In this document: positions 45,746 to 55,597 of the stretch, piece by piece | How positions within the stretch are numbered: position 1 is the first letter of the stretch | Layout of the letters: every line of letters begins with the position of its first letter | NCBI GenBank assembly: GCA_964496065.1 | Contig: CAZBXD010000003.1 | Coordinates: 5,806-69,805 of the forward strand | From: an uncultured Bdellovibrionales bacterium | GTDB lineage: Bacteria; Pseudomonadota; Alphaproteobacteria; Micavibrionales; SZUA-601 | Reading direction: 5' to 3' | Length of the DNA stretch: 64,000 bases | Translations under genes and position numbers: made by a program | The notes under the pieces: model-generated | Seen by the model: only the letters and a program-made list of their open reading frames with translations | The model's database searches: none | Told to the model about the DNA's origin: nothing

Positions 45746-46570
45746 ATGCCTTTAAATTCAGTAAACACCAATTCTGGTGCGCTTATTGCGTTACAATTCC
45801 TTAACCGTACAAACTCTGAGCTTGATAGCGTTCAAAAACGTGTATCAACTGGTCAGCGTGTTGCCGACAACATCGATGATGGTGCTGGTTTCGCGGTTGC
45901 ACAGGGTCTTCGTTCTGATATCGTTGGTTTCACTGCCGTATCTGATCGTATCTCTGCTGCAAAAGGTCTTGTTTCTGTTGCTTCTGCTGCTGCGTCAAGT
46001 ATTTCTGACACGATCGGTGAAATCCGCGGTGTTTTGACAAAACTTGCTGATGCTGGTTTGAGTGCTGATGAGCGGACACAGTATGGGAACGATTATGTTG
46101 CTTTGACTGCAGAGATTACAAACTTTGCCGCACAAGCAACGTTTAACGGAACGAACCTTGTGAACACTGGTGCAGCAGACGTTGATATCATCTTCTCAAA
46201 TACTGGTACAACTTTCACGATTGGTGCCAATATTCTTGACCTTGCAACTTTGACTATTCCAGGTGCTGCGCCAGCTCAGGCTGCTGCTGCGACTGCGATT
46301 GGTGCGGGTGGTTTTGTCGAGGTTGCAGAAACTGCAGTAGCGAACGCCTTGACAAACTTTGGTGCTGACAGTCGTTCACTTGATAACCAGCTAAGCTTTA
46401 TTTCTAAGCTTGCTGATGCCACTGAAGTTGGTATCGGTGACATCGTTGACGCTGACTTGGCGAAAGAATCTGCAAGATTACAGTCTCTTCAGATCCGTCA
46501 GCAGTTGGGTACTCAGTCGCTTGCGATTGCGAACCAGGCTCCATCTATCCTATTGGGTCTCTTCAACTAA
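45746..46570 (+). CDS. Flagellin (short alphaproteobacterial type)
   Basis: 274-aa ORF; conserved N-terminus NTNSGALIALQFLNRTNSELDSVQKRVSTGQRV and C-terminus ESARLQSLQIRQQLGTQSLAIANQAPSILLGLF; AGGAG Shine-Dalgarno. Confidence 0.9.
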   Translation: MPLNSVNTNSGALIALQFLNRTNSELDSVQKRVSTGQRVADNIDDGAGFAVAQGLRSDIVGFTAVSDRISAAKGLVSVASAAASSISDTIGEIRGVLTKLADAGLSADERTQYGNDYVALTAEITNFAAQATFNGTNLVNTGAADVDIIFSNTGTTFTIGANILDLATLTIPGAAPAQAAAATAIGAGGFVEVAETAVANALTNFGADSRSLDNQLSFISKLADATEVGIGDIVDADLAKESARLQSLQIRQQLGTQSLAIANQAPSILLGLFN

Positions 46571-46594
46571 TCAACGAATTGAAACGAATTCAAG

Positions 46595-46622
46595 AAAAAC
46601 CCCGCATCACGCGGGGTTTTTT
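46595..46622 (+). terminator. Rho-independent terminator of the flagellin gene
   Basis: AAAAACCCCGC-atcac-GCGGGGTTTTTT. Confidence 0.7.
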
Positions 46623-46690
46623 ACTTTTTACACAGACTAAAATTATTGATCGATAGGCTTTTAAGAATCAAACCAATCTGTTATAACCCT

Positions 46691-46792
46691 TGGCGGAAGG
46701 TTGACGTGGGGCGAGTGCCTTGTGAACCCGGTCAGGGCCGAGAGGCAGCAGCCGCAGCAAGTTTTTTTCGGGTCTATGCTCAGCCTTCCACC
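46691..46792 (+). ncRNA. ffs: Signal recognition particle RNA (small bacterial 4.5S type)
   Basis: Conserved domain IV sequence GGTCAGGGCCGAGAGGCAGCAGCC. The 5' GGCGGAAGG and 3' CCTTCCACC ends pair. It lies immediately upstream of dnaX, as is common in Alphaproteobacteria. Ends are approximate. Confidence 0.8.
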
Positions 46793-46818
46793 TTAAACCA
46801 AAAAATAAAGAGCTGCTT

Positions 46819-48537
46819 GTGAACACTTCAACGTCAAATAGTCCCTATATTGCTTTGGCGCGCAAATATCGCTCTTCTCATTTTGGTGAGCTCATTGGTC
46901 AAGAAACCCTGGTTAAAACCCTTTCCAATGCAATTGAGAGCGACCGGGTTCACCATGCCTATATGCTCACCGGTGTTCGTGGCATTGGCAAAACCTCAAC
47001 CGCTCGTATTATCGCCAAGGCTCTAAATTACGTTGGTCCGGATGGTAATGGCAAACCAACAACCGGCCCAACGAATGATTGTCCGGTATGTCAAGCCATT
47101 GGTCAAGATCGTCACCCGGATGTGATTGAACTGGATGCGGCGTCTCATACGGGTGTTGATGATATGCGCGAATTAATAGATGGCGTGCGTTATGCCCCGG
47201 CTTCAGCGCGGTATAAAATCTATATCATTGATGAGGTGCATATGTTGTCAAAGGCGGCGTTTAACGCGCTTCTGAAGACATTAGAAGAGCCACCCGAAAA
47301 TACAGTGTTTATTTTTGCCACGACTGAAGTTCGCAAGGTACCGGTTACTATTCTATCACGGTGCCAGCGTTTTGATCTACGACGCATTGATTTGCCAACC
47401 CTCTCAACCCATTACCATAAAATTTGCGATTTGGAAAAGGTGACCATCGACCAAGAGGCGCTCCATCTTATTGCGCGTGCTGCTGACGGATCAGTGCGCG
47501 ATGGTTTGAGTCTTCTTGATCAAGCTATGTCACAAGCTACCGACAAAAATATTACCACAGACATGATCAGTGCGATGCTGGGCCAAGCAGATCGAGCACT
47601 GATTGTTGATTTGTTTGAAGCGATGCTCAGCGGTGAAGCGCAGGCAAGCCTCGAGATTTTAGAACGCCTGCATAAAGCCGGGGCAGAGGCTAAGATTATT
47701 CTGGATGATTTACTTAATTTTACCCATCTTTTGACCCGAATTAAAATGGTCCCCAGCCTTTTATCTTCTGAAAGCTTCTCATCAATTGAAAAAGAGAAAG
47801 GAAAGGAATTTTCTGAAAAATTATCTATTCCTGTGCTCACGCGGGTCTGGCAGATGTTATTAAAAGGTGTTACAGAGCTCCAAAGCGCACCTCAACCTGT
47901 TAAAGCACTGGAAATGATCGTTATCAGAATCATTTATTCAGCGGATCATCCGCCTCTTCATAAATTGCTTGAAGACGTGGCATCTTCATCCACAGCCACT
48001 CAAACAAAACCTTCTATGTCGGAAACAATGGTAAAAACAGAACACGTTCCTCAACCAACGCCAACTTCAAAGAAAACGATCGCCTCGCATCAAGCAACTC
48101 AGGCAATGCGTAAACCAGATTTAGAGCCGATCCCCGAGCCCGTTAAGCAAAAAATAGACAATCAATCAAACGATCTCACTTCTTTACAAGCAATTGTTGA
48201 TCTATGTCACAAAAAAGGAGAGATTCTTTTAGGGGCTGAGATTCATGCTAAAATACGTCTGGTTGCTCTACAACCAGGACGATTAGAATTTAACCCTATG
48301 CCTGGCACGGCCAAAGACTTAGCGCAACGAATAAGAAAATTCCTATCACAATGGACGGGAGAGCAATGGTTTATTTCGATTTCAAATCGAGAGGGCCAGC
48401 CTACGCTCAGTGAACAAAAAGCAGAGCACGAAACACAAGTAAAAGAAATTGTTAAAGATCACCCTGTGATGAAAAAAATGATGGAACACCTCCCCCCATT
48501 TGATATTATCGATATTCATGATTTAAAAGAGGAATAA
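46819..48537 (+). CDS. dnaX: DNA polymerase III subunit tau/gamma
   Basis: 572-aa ORF (GTG start); YIALARKYRSSHFGELIGQE, Walker A GVRGIGKTSTARI, IIDEVHMLS, SRCQRF. Confidence 0.9.
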   Translation: MNTSTSNSPYIALARKYRSSHFGELIGQETLVKTLSNAIESDRVHHAYMLTGVRGIGKTSTARIIAKALNYVGPDGNGKPTTGPTNDCPVCQAIGQDRHPDVIELDAASHTGVDDMRELIDGVRYAPASARYKIYIIDEVHMLSKAAFNALLKTLEEPPENTVFIFATTEVRKVPVTILSRCQRFDLRRIDLPTLSTHYHKICDLEKVTIDQEALHLIARAADGSVRDGLSLLDQAMSQATDKNITTDMISAMLGQADRALIVDLFEAMLSGEAQASLEILERLHKAGAEAKIILDDLLNFTHLLTRIKMVPSLLSSESFSSIEKEKGKEFSEKLSIPVLTRVWQMLLKGVTELQSAPQPVKALEMIVIRIIYSADHPPLHKLLEDVASSSTATQTKPSMSETMVKTEHVPQPTPTSKKTIASHQATQAMRKPDLEPIPEPVKQKIDNQSNDLTSLQAIVDLCHKKGEILLGAEIHAKIRLVALQPGRLEFNPMPGTAKDLAQRIRKFLSQWTGEQWFISISNREGQPTLSEQKAEHETQVKEIVKDHPVMKKMMEHLPPFDIIDIHDLKEE

Positions 48538-48541
48538 AATA

Positions 48542-48856
48542 ATGAAACTTACCAATATGATGAAAAAAGCTCAAGAAATGCAAGCTAAAATGCAAGAAAT
48601 GCAGGCTAAATTAGCTGATATAACTGTCGAGGGACAATCGGGTAATGGATTGGTCAAAACTGTTATGACAGGGCTTGGTGTTTTGCAATCAGTTGAAATT
48701 GATGAAAGTCTGTTATCAGGTGATGAAAAAGATGTGATAGAAGATCTTATTGTTGTTGCAGTTAATGATGCTAAAGAAAAGGTTGAAGCGCTTGTTGCCT
48801 CTGAAACCCAATCAATTATGGGAGGTATGGGGTTGCCCGGCGGGCTTCCTTTTTAG
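48542..48856 (+). CDS. ybaB: Nucleoid-associated protein YbaB/EbfC
   Basis: 104-aa ORF directly after dnaX; MMKKAQEMQAKMQEMQ... and a GLPGGLPF tail typical of YbaB. Confidence 0.85.
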   Translation: MKLTNMMKKAQEMQAKMQEMQAKLADITVEGQSGNGLVKTVMTGLGVLQSVEIDESLLSGDEKDVIEDLIVVAVNDAKEKVEALVASETQSIMGGMGLPGGLPF

Positions 48857-48872
48857 CAAAAAATATTTTATC

Positions 48873-49658
48873 ATGCGTCTCGTTACTTGGAATATTAATT
48901 CTGTAAGGTTACGGTTACCGCTTTTACAGAAATTAATTGCGCAACAAAATCCAGATGTGATTTGTTTGCAAGAATGTAAGGTTGATACGCCCTTTTTTCC
49001 GTATGAAGAAATTAAGGTAATGGGGTACTCCCATATCCATTACTGGGGGATGAAAGGCTATAATGGTACGGCAATCTTGTCCAAACTCCCATTTCAGGAT
49101 CAAGCTATTCATGATCATGTTGGTAAATCAGATTGTCGCCATGTTGTGGTAACCATTGACGGGGTTGAACTGCATAATTTGTATATTCCAGCGGGTGGGC
49201 CAGACCCGGATCCTATCGGCAATCCAAACTTTAAATTCAAGCTTGATTTTGTTGAGGAAATGACTGCTTGGTGCTTGACCAATTTGAATAATAACAAGCC
49301 AATCATTTTGGTAGGTGATCTTAATATTGCTCCGTTTGAACATGATGTTTGGTCCCATAAGCAAATGCTAAAAGTTGTGTCACACACCCCGGAAGAGGTT
49401 ACGCGCTTTAATAAAATGCGCGATGGTTTTGGCTGGGTCGATGCGATGCGCCATTTTGTGCCGGTGGAAGAGAAACTTTATACATGGTGGAGTTATCGAG
49501 CGCGAGATTGGGCGGCTAGTGATCGTGGGCGTCGTCTTGACCATATTTGGGTAACCCCTCCTTTACAAGACCATCTGCAAAAAATGAGCGTCATGCGTGA
49601 GGCACGAGCATGGGAACGCCCCTCTGACCATGTGCCGGTGGTCATGGATTTGAAATAA
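48873..49658 (+). CDS. xthA: Exodeoxyribonuclease III
   Basis: 261 aa from the ATG at 48873 (MRLVTWNINSVRLR...). The ORF track start at 48750 overlaps ybaB. C-terminal PSDHVPV motif. Confidence 0.85.
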   Translation: MRLVTWNINSVRLRLPLLQKLIAQQNPDVICLQECKVDTPFFPYEEIKVMGYSHIHYWGMKGYNGTAILSKLPFQDQAIHDHVGKSDCRHVVVTIDGVELHNLYIPAGGPDPDPIGNPNFKFKLDFVEEMTAWCLTNLNNNKPIILVGDLNIAPFEHDVWSHKQMLKVVSHTPEEVTRFNKMRDGFGWVDAMRHFVPVEEKLYTWWSYRARDWAASDRGRRLDHIWVTPPLQDHLQKMSVMREARAWERPSDHVPVVMDLK

Positions 49659-49789
49659 AATTACGAATTTGAAAAAGACTCTTTACAAGTGCTCCAAAAT
49701 AGATTCTGGTGGTAGAAACAAAAAACCAAACAATAAATATAGAGGGTGTCTTGTCTTTTTTTGAAGATGAGGAGCAATAGAATTAGTCG

Positions 49790-49972
49790 TTAAAAATCAC
49801 TGCAGCGACCATTAACTTCCCAATCACCATATCGGGTCGGTTCCAATCCTTTGGGACCACCTATTTCTTTGTTATTGTTGGCTTTAGACTTTGACGAAAC
49901 GCCCCTTTTATCAAGAATATTAATCTTGGGCATTGTTTCTGTTATATTTTTTTTTGGTGTTTTAGGCGGCAT
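49790..49972 (-). CDS. DUF1674 (SDHAF4-like) small protein
   Basis: 60-aa ORF ending GGPKGLEPTRYGDWEVNGRCSDF, the signature C-terminus of the DUF1674 family. Confidence 0.7.
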   Translation of the reverse strand: MPPKTPKKNITETMPKINILDKRGVSSKSKANNNKEIGGPKGLEPTRYGDWEVNGRCSDF

Positions 49973-50444
49973 GAGTGTTTTTTATCTCTGCAATAGCGCT
50001 TAAGATAGCATCAACGTGACCAGGCACTTTTACTTTCCGCCATAACTGAACAATTTTACCTTTGCTATCAATCAAAAAGGTCGAGCGGTCAATCCCCATA
50101 TATTTCCGGCCATACATCGATTTTTCGACCCAAGCGCCATAGGCCTCACAGACTTTACCGTCTTCGTCACTGGCGAGTGGGAAGTTGAGGTCATATTTTT
50201 CTTTGAATTTATCATGTTTTTTTGGGCTATCTTTTGAAATACCGATGACGGTGATCCCCTCTTTTTGTAACTGCGCTATGTTGTCACGGAAACCACACGC
50301 TTCCTTGGTACACCCAGGTGTATCATCTTTTGGATAGAAATAAATGACAACAGCATTACCTTTTAGATCCGAAAGCGTGATTGACCCATCACCGTCCGTT
50401 GGCAATGTAAAGTCAGGGGCTGTATCGCCAATATTGAGAGACAT
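49962..50444 (-). CDS. bcp: Peroxiredoxin, Bcp type
   Basis: 160 aa from the ATG at 50444 (AGGAAG Shine-Dalgarno); active site FYPKDDTPGCTKEAC. Confidence 0.85.
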   Translation of the reverse strand: MSLNIGDTAPDFTLPTDGDGSITLSDLKGNAVVIYFYPKDDTPGCTKEACGFRDNIAQLQKEGITVIGISKDSPKKHDKFKEKYDLNFPLASDEDGKVCEAYGAWVEKSMYGRKYMGIDRSTFLIDSKGKIVQLWRKVKVPGHVDAILSAIAEIKNTHAA

Positions 50445-50556
50445 GATCACTTCCTTTGTTTTCATTATTATCACAAAAAGCTATAACACATAATGTAACT
50501 GTCTTCTAGTTTTGTCTTATTTAAAAAATAAAGAAAAACTTTCTTAGCATTTTAAT

Positions 50557-53500
50557 GTGATTGTTTGTCCCATGTTTAAAAAATCAACTCGTTTAACGAT
50601 TGAAATATTAATGGCAATTATAACGGCACTATTGCTTGTCGTTGCCATTTTTTTCTGGCGTTTATCGCAAGGACCAATGGCTGTACCGTCTTTTAATCGA
50701 CAGATAGAGTCAAGCTTGAGTGATTTCTCTCAAGAAATTGATATTACTGTTGAACAGACAATATTACAGTGGGGTGGGTTTGAGCATCCACTTTCTGTGC
50801 ATATTTTAGGTGTTAAAGCACTGAATCAATTAGGAGGTGAAATTGGTGCTATTAATGAGGTGTCGCTCAATTTATCTTTACCTGATTTGCTTCTCGGGCA
50901 ATTTGTGCCAACCCATATCAATATTATTAAGCCGAGCTTTACAATTACTCGCCAGGAATCTGGCGTCTTCGATATTAATGCCAGAAGCAAAGAAACAAGA
51001 GAGGCAGCAGCAGCACAAAATTTAGGAGAAGACCCGCTTGAAAAAATTTTAGAGGTTATTTCCGATCCACGGCGTCAGGGTGTTGTAAGAAAGCTTCAAT
51101 CTTTTACCATTAGTAATGCTGAAATTTTTTACCAAGATATTCCGGGTAACTTTATTGTGACATCCCCCAATTCAGATATTGAGTTGAACCGTGACCAATA
51201 TGGAATAGAAGGTGTGATGACACTCAATGCGAATATTGGCGGTATGACAGAGGCGTTGCGGGGGCAGATTGACTATGATTTTGCTACACAAAAAACGACC
51301 TTGAGTTTAAAAATCGATGATTTTAATCCAAATATTTTAGCTAGGTTGTCCACTCAATTTGAAAGGGTACGTAATTTCGATGTCCCACTAACAGGAATAC
51401 TTAATATTGAGTTTAACAATATTTTCCAGATTTTATCATTTAATTTGGTTGCAAATGCAGATGCTGGTAAGGTCAATTTTGAGCAGTTTTACCCTGAGCC
51501 GCTAACAATCGATCAGGCTAATCTTGATATTTCATATAATCCTAACGATGGCAGTGTCTATATGAAACAGTTTGCCGTCGATATTGATGGTTTTAAGCTT
51601 GACGTAAAAGGAAGGTTGACACAAGCAATCGATGAGGGTTTGTTAACCCTAGAAGCTAAGGCAGGCCTATTTAATATTCAAGCAGACCAACTCGCACAAT
51701 ATTGGCCAGAAATGCTTGCAAGTGGCGCGTATCGCTGGGTAACAACAAATATTTCAGATGGTTTTGTCCCAAAGGCTACGGCTGATATAAAGCTGATTGC
51801 ACCGGTTACCGATATTACATTGATTACAACAGAAAAACTGAGCGGCACAATATTTATTGAGGGGGCAACAGTGGATTATTTGAAGCCGATGCCACCAGTA
51901 AAAAATGTCAACGCATTTGCTAATTTTACGAAAGATCTTTTCTCAATTGAGACGCAATCAGGTGTGCTGCGTGATACAAATGTTCAAAAAGGTAAAATTG
52001 ATATTACAGGTTTTGATAAACGGATTCCTGATATTTCTATTGATATGACCATTGAGGGGCCATTATCCGATAGTCTTTATGTTATTGGGAGCAAACCACT
52101 TGAATTGACTAAAGAAATTGGCCTTGATCACGATAATTTTACTGGAAGGGCAAAAACAAACCTTTCTCTTTCCTTTCCTTTGTCTAAAAACCTGCCGAGG
52201 AAAGAGGTTAATCTACAGGCCTCTTCCGTAATTAAAAATGTTAAAGGGTCAGGGATTATAACAGACCTTGCTGTCACATCTGATGAGTTGTTGTTAGAAG
52301 CAAATAATGATCGGGTTACGATCAATGGACAAGCCCGCCTCGCTGATATTCCAATTACACTAGATTGGCGCGAAGAATTTGGTGATCAGGCGCAATATAT
52401 GCGTCGTATGACAGCCAGTGGCCAAATTGGGGCTGCGGATATTCAACGTCTTGCTGGTATTGATATTAGTGATTATATTGCCAGCCCATTTCAAGCCAGC
52501 GCCACGATCCAAGAAACAAAAACCAGACAAAAATCAACGGCTATTGATCTTGATCTTAAAAATACGGCCGTGTCGCTCCCACTCCTTCATTACTCAAAAC
52601 CAGCTGGTCAAGAAGCACGGGCTAAGTTTGAGATTGTTGATGGTCAGTCAGGGGTAACAACCTTACAAAAAATAAATTTGCAGGGTCCCGATCTTTCTGT
52701 CAAAGGTGAAATATCGCTTCAAGAAGGGATGTTGTCCGCGATTAATTTGAACGAATTTAAAAATAATGGTACGGATGCTACGATTGCAGTAGTCAAAGAA
52801 AATAACCGCTATGAAGCAACCGTGAGGGGGGCTTCGCTTGATGTATCTGATATATGGCAAGAGATGATCAAAAAATCATCAGATACAAAAAAAGCCGAAA
52901 AATTAGAGGCGGCAAAATATCCCGCACTTGCTTTGGTGCTCGATATAGAAACGCTTCGTTTAACACAAGAGCAGAGTTTTGAAAAAGTTAAGGCTGTGAT
53001 TGAGTTAAAACCTGATTATATCCATCGTATGGAGATGGATGCGATTGCTGGGCGGGGCGATGTTTATCTGCGGTATACACCGTTTGAAAATGGCCCGGGT
53101 CATCAACTGCGCTTTGAAACACCAGATGCAGGCGCTGCTTTAACGGCTTTCGGTCTGACGAATAAGATTGCTGGAGGGTTGATGATTGTTGATGCTGCAT
53201 CGGCTGTCAACGAACCTGACCTCATTGTTGGTGGATTGACTATCAAGGATTATAAAGTGGTGAAAGCACCAATTTTGGGCCGTCTTCTTAATGCACTTTC
53301 CCCGGTAGGTTTGGTTGAACTTCTTAATAATGAGGGGATTAATTTTCTCCAACTTGAATCAAAATGGTATTATAAAAATGATATTCTCACTTTTCAAACG
53401 GGTCGAATGGCCGGATCCTCTCTTGGTTTGAATTATGAAGGGCCAATTAACCTTGCAACAAATTACATGGACATTAAAGGCACAATCGTCCCGGTTGATC

Positions 53501-53688
53501 CGGTGAACCGTGTGATCGGAACCCTCCCGGTTGTTGGGCAAATTTTAGGGGGGACAAAAGGTGAGGGGCTCTTTGCTGCCACCTATGAAATTAAGGGTTA
53601 TACGGATGATCCAAAAGTTACCCTTAATCCTCTGGCCGCCCTTGCTCCGGGCATCTTAAGAACAATCTTCTTTGAGGGCGGTCTTTAG
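50557..53688 (+). CDS. AsmA/YhdP-like large envelope protein (DUF3971/AsmA family)
   Basis: 1043-aa ORF; single N-terminal TM; long beta-rich body; conserved C-terminal ...GTIVPVDPVNRVIGTLPVVGQILGG...EGLFAATYEIKG..DDPKV..NPL. Confidence 0.65.
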   Translation: MIVCPMFKKSTRLTIEILMAIITALLLVVAIFFWRLSQGPMAVPSFNRQIESSLSDFSQEIDITVEQTILQWGGFEHPLSVHILGVKALNQLGGEIGAINEVSLNLSLPDLLLGQFVPTHINIIKPSFTITRQESGVFDINARSKETREAAAAQNLGEDPLEKILEVISDPRRQGVVRKLQSFTISNAEIFYQDIPGNFIVTSPNSDIELNRDQYGIEGVMTLNANIGGMTEALRGQIDYDFATQKTTLSLKIDDFNPNILARLSTQFERVRNFDVPLTGILNIEFNNIFQILSFNLVANADAGKVNFEQFYPEPLTIDQANLDISYNPNDGSVYMKQFAVDIDGFKLDVKGRLTQAIDEGLLTLEAKAGLFNIQADQLAQYWPEMLASGAYRWVTTNISDGFVPKATADIKLIAPVTDITLITTEKLSGTIFIEGATVDYLKPMPPVKNVNAFANFTKDLFSIETQSGVLRDTNVQKGKIDITGFDKRIPDISIDMTIEGPLSDSLYVIGSKPLELTKEIGLDHDNFTGRAKTNLSLSFPLSKNLPRKEVNLQASSVIKNVKGSGIITDLAVTSDELLLEANNDRVTINGQARLADIPITLDWREEFGDQAQYMRRMTASGQIGAADIQRLAGIDISDYIASPFQASATIQETKTRQKSTAIDLDLKNTAVSLPLLHYSKPAGQEARAKFEIVDGQSGVTTLQKINLQGPDLSVKGEISLQEGMLSAINLNEFKNNGTDATIAVVKENNRYEATVRGASLDVSDIWQEMIKKSSDTKKAEKLEAAKYPALALVLDIETLRLTQEQSFEKVKAVIELKPDYIHRMEMDAIAGRGDVYLRYTPFENGPGHQLRFETPDAGAALTAFGLTNKIAGGLMIVDAASAVNEPDLIVGGLTIKDYKVVKAPILGRLLNALSPVGLVELLNNEGINFLQLESKWYYKNDILTFQTGRMAGSSLGLNYEGPINLATNYMDIKGTIVPVDPVNRVIGTLPVVGQILGGTKGEGLFAATYEIKGYTDDPKVTLNPLAALAPGILRTIFFEGGL

Positions 53689-54932
53689 GATAGTTTTACT
53701 AAAGCATGCCTTTTTTTACCGGCTGACAGTTTAATCACGCCATCACTATCAATATCATTAGTACTGGGTTTTTGAACCTCATCCGACAGAGCGATATCAT
53801 TAACCCGTGCCCCCCCGCCTTTAATTAGGCGGCGGGCTTCGCCATTACTTTTTGCCAAACCAGCCCGGACAAAAAGCTCAAAATAAGGCACATCTAAATC
53901 TGTTTCCTTCAGATTAATCGTTGGCAAGCCCTCCGCTTTACCGCCACCAGCGAAGGTTTCGAGTGCGGTTGCGGCAGCCTCGGTCGCGGCCGCTTCACCA
54001 CGCACCAGCTTAGTGGCCTCAAAAGCCAAAATTTTCTTGGCTTCATTAATCTCCGCCCCTTCAAGCTTTTCCAGACGGGTAATTTCATCCAGCGGCAAAG
54101 GGGTGAAGATGTGTAAAAGTTTTCCGGTATCGGCATCATCACAATTGCGCCAGAACTGATAGTAATCAAGATGTGAAAGACTCTCTGGATTAAGCCATAG
54201 CGCATTCCCATCTGATTTCCCCATTTTTTTCCCTGATGAGTCAGTGATCAGGGGCGCGGTAATCCCAAAAATAGTTGCACTTTCTTTGCGCCGTGTCAGC
54301 TCAACCCCATTGACAACATTGCCCCATTGATCCGACCCAGCAAGTTGTAGGGTGCAATTATGCTCCCGATAAAGCTCAAGAAAATCATAGGCCTGAAACA
54401 GCATGTAGTTAAATTCTAAGAAACTCATGCTTTGTTCACGATCAAGGCGAAGCTTAACCGAGTCAAAAGACAACATCCGATTGACGGAGAAATGCGCACC
54501 ATAGTCGCGTAGAAATTCGATATAGCCGATATCTTTAAACCAATCGATATTGTTGACCATCACCGCATCCGTTGGGCCATCACCATAGGTCAGGAGATTA
54601 GAAAAAACCTTTTTAATGCTTTCAATATTTTGATTGGCGGTTTCTGCACTGATCATCGGCTTGGCTTCATCACGAAAAGAGGGGTCACCAATCAGACCGG
54701 TTGCGCCACCCATGAGTGTGATTGGTTTGTGACCTGTTTGTTGAAACCAATACAGCATCATAATGGTAACGAGATTACCGATATGGAGACTATCTGCGGT
54801 CGGGTCATAGCCACAATAGCCCACCAATGTTTCAGATGCAGCCCGCTTATCAAGCTCCTCTATGTCTGTGCATTGATAGAGAAGACCGCGTTGGTCAAGA
54901 ACATTTAAAAAATCAGATTTATACTGTGCCAT
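53685..54932 (-). CDS. tyrS: Tyrosine--tRNA ligase
   Basis: 415-aa ORF; class I signatures HIGN and KMGKS; C-terminal S4-like domain. Confidence 0.9.
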   Translation of the reverse strand: MAQYKSDFLNVLDQRGLLYQCTDIEELDKRAASETLVGYCGYDPTADSLHIGNLVTIMMLYWFQQTGHKPITLMGGATGLIGDPSFRDEAKPMISAETANQNIESIKKVFSNLLTYGDGPTDAVMVNNIDWFKDIGYIEFLRDYGAHFSVNRMLSFDSVKLRLDREQSMSFLEFNYMLFQAYDFLELYREHNCTLQLAGSDQWGNVVNGVELTRRKESATIFGITAPLITDSSGKKMGKSDGNALWLNPESLSHLDYYQFWRNCDDADTGKLLHIFTPLPLDEITRLEKLEGAEINEAKKILAFEATKLVRGEAAATEAAATALETFAGGGKAEGLPTINLKETDLDVPYFELFVRAGLAKSNGEARRLIKGGGARVNDIALSDEVQKPSTNDIDSDGVIKLSAGKKRHALVKLS

Positions 54933-54993
54933 GGCTGTTTCTTATTATTTCAGTTCCAAAAAAGAACATCATAGCTTGTTTTGTTAAAAAGGT

Positions 54994-55488
54994 CTAGTCC
55001 TCTGCAATCAGGTCAGCATAGATCTCTGGGTGGCGTTCTTTGAAGGCTTGTTTGCGCTCTTCGGACATATTGTGAAAGCGGGTTTTGCGTTTTTCACGAA
55101 CTTCGGGAGGGAGTTTTGACCAGCGATCAACCATTTCGGATCGTTTAGCCTCTTTTTCTTCCTGCGATAAAGCATTCCACTTTGCGCGGCGCTCCTGCAT
55201 ATATTCTTTGCGCTCTTCTGCGGTCATATCTTTGAGGGCTTGTCGTTTTGTTCGATGGTTTTTAATGGCTGATTTTTGCTCATCTGTCATCGATTCAAAT
55301 TTCTCTTTTCTGAGTGCCTTTGCGGCTGCTTTTTCTTCATCGGATAGTGCTTGAAATTGTGCTTTTTTTTCCTTGCGGATTTCTTGAATTTGTGTTCGAC
55401 GATCTTGAGATCCAGTGTCTTGGGCAAAAATTGGCGTTGTTATGAGGAGGCCAGTGATGAGGGGGATTAGCAAAGTCATAAGCCGCAT
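54994..55488 (-). CDS. Secreted Lys/Glu/Arg-rich repeat protein (LTXXQ/Spy-CpxP-like repeats)
   Basis: 164-aa ORF; signal peptide ending IFAQ; about six roughly 20-aa repeats of the type [LM][ST]xE[EQ][KR]. Confidence 0.45.
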   Translation of the reverse strand: MRLMTLLIPLITGLLITTPIFAQDTGSQDRRTQIQEIRKEKKAQFQALSDEEKAAAKALRKEKFESMTDEQKSAIKNHRTKRQALKDMTAEERKEYMQERRAKWNALSQEEKEAKRSEMVDRWSKLPPEVREKRKTRFHNMSEERKQAFKERHPEIYADLIAED

Positions 55489-55597
55489 AATAAAAATCCT
55501 TTGGTTTGTGGCGAGATCCAGTGTAATGAGAATAGGTATGTAGTCACTATAAAACTTTAAAGCAGGGTTTTACAATTTAAATCGTAACATTTTGATT

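Noticed and set aside
19455-46570. The secretion supercluster as an integrative conjugative element or genomic island
   Set aside because: The window contains no integrase, relaxase, coupling protein, transposase, direct-repeat borders or flanking tRNA. The only tRNA is about 13 kb away. Composition looks similar to the flanks by eye. Not excluded, but unsupported.
46819-48537. Programmed -1 frameshift site in dnaX (A AAA AAG type) producing a gamma subunit
   Set aside because: I found no correctly phased slippery heptamer in the middle of the gene. The A-runs present (around 48145 and 48470) are out of phase or near the 3' end.
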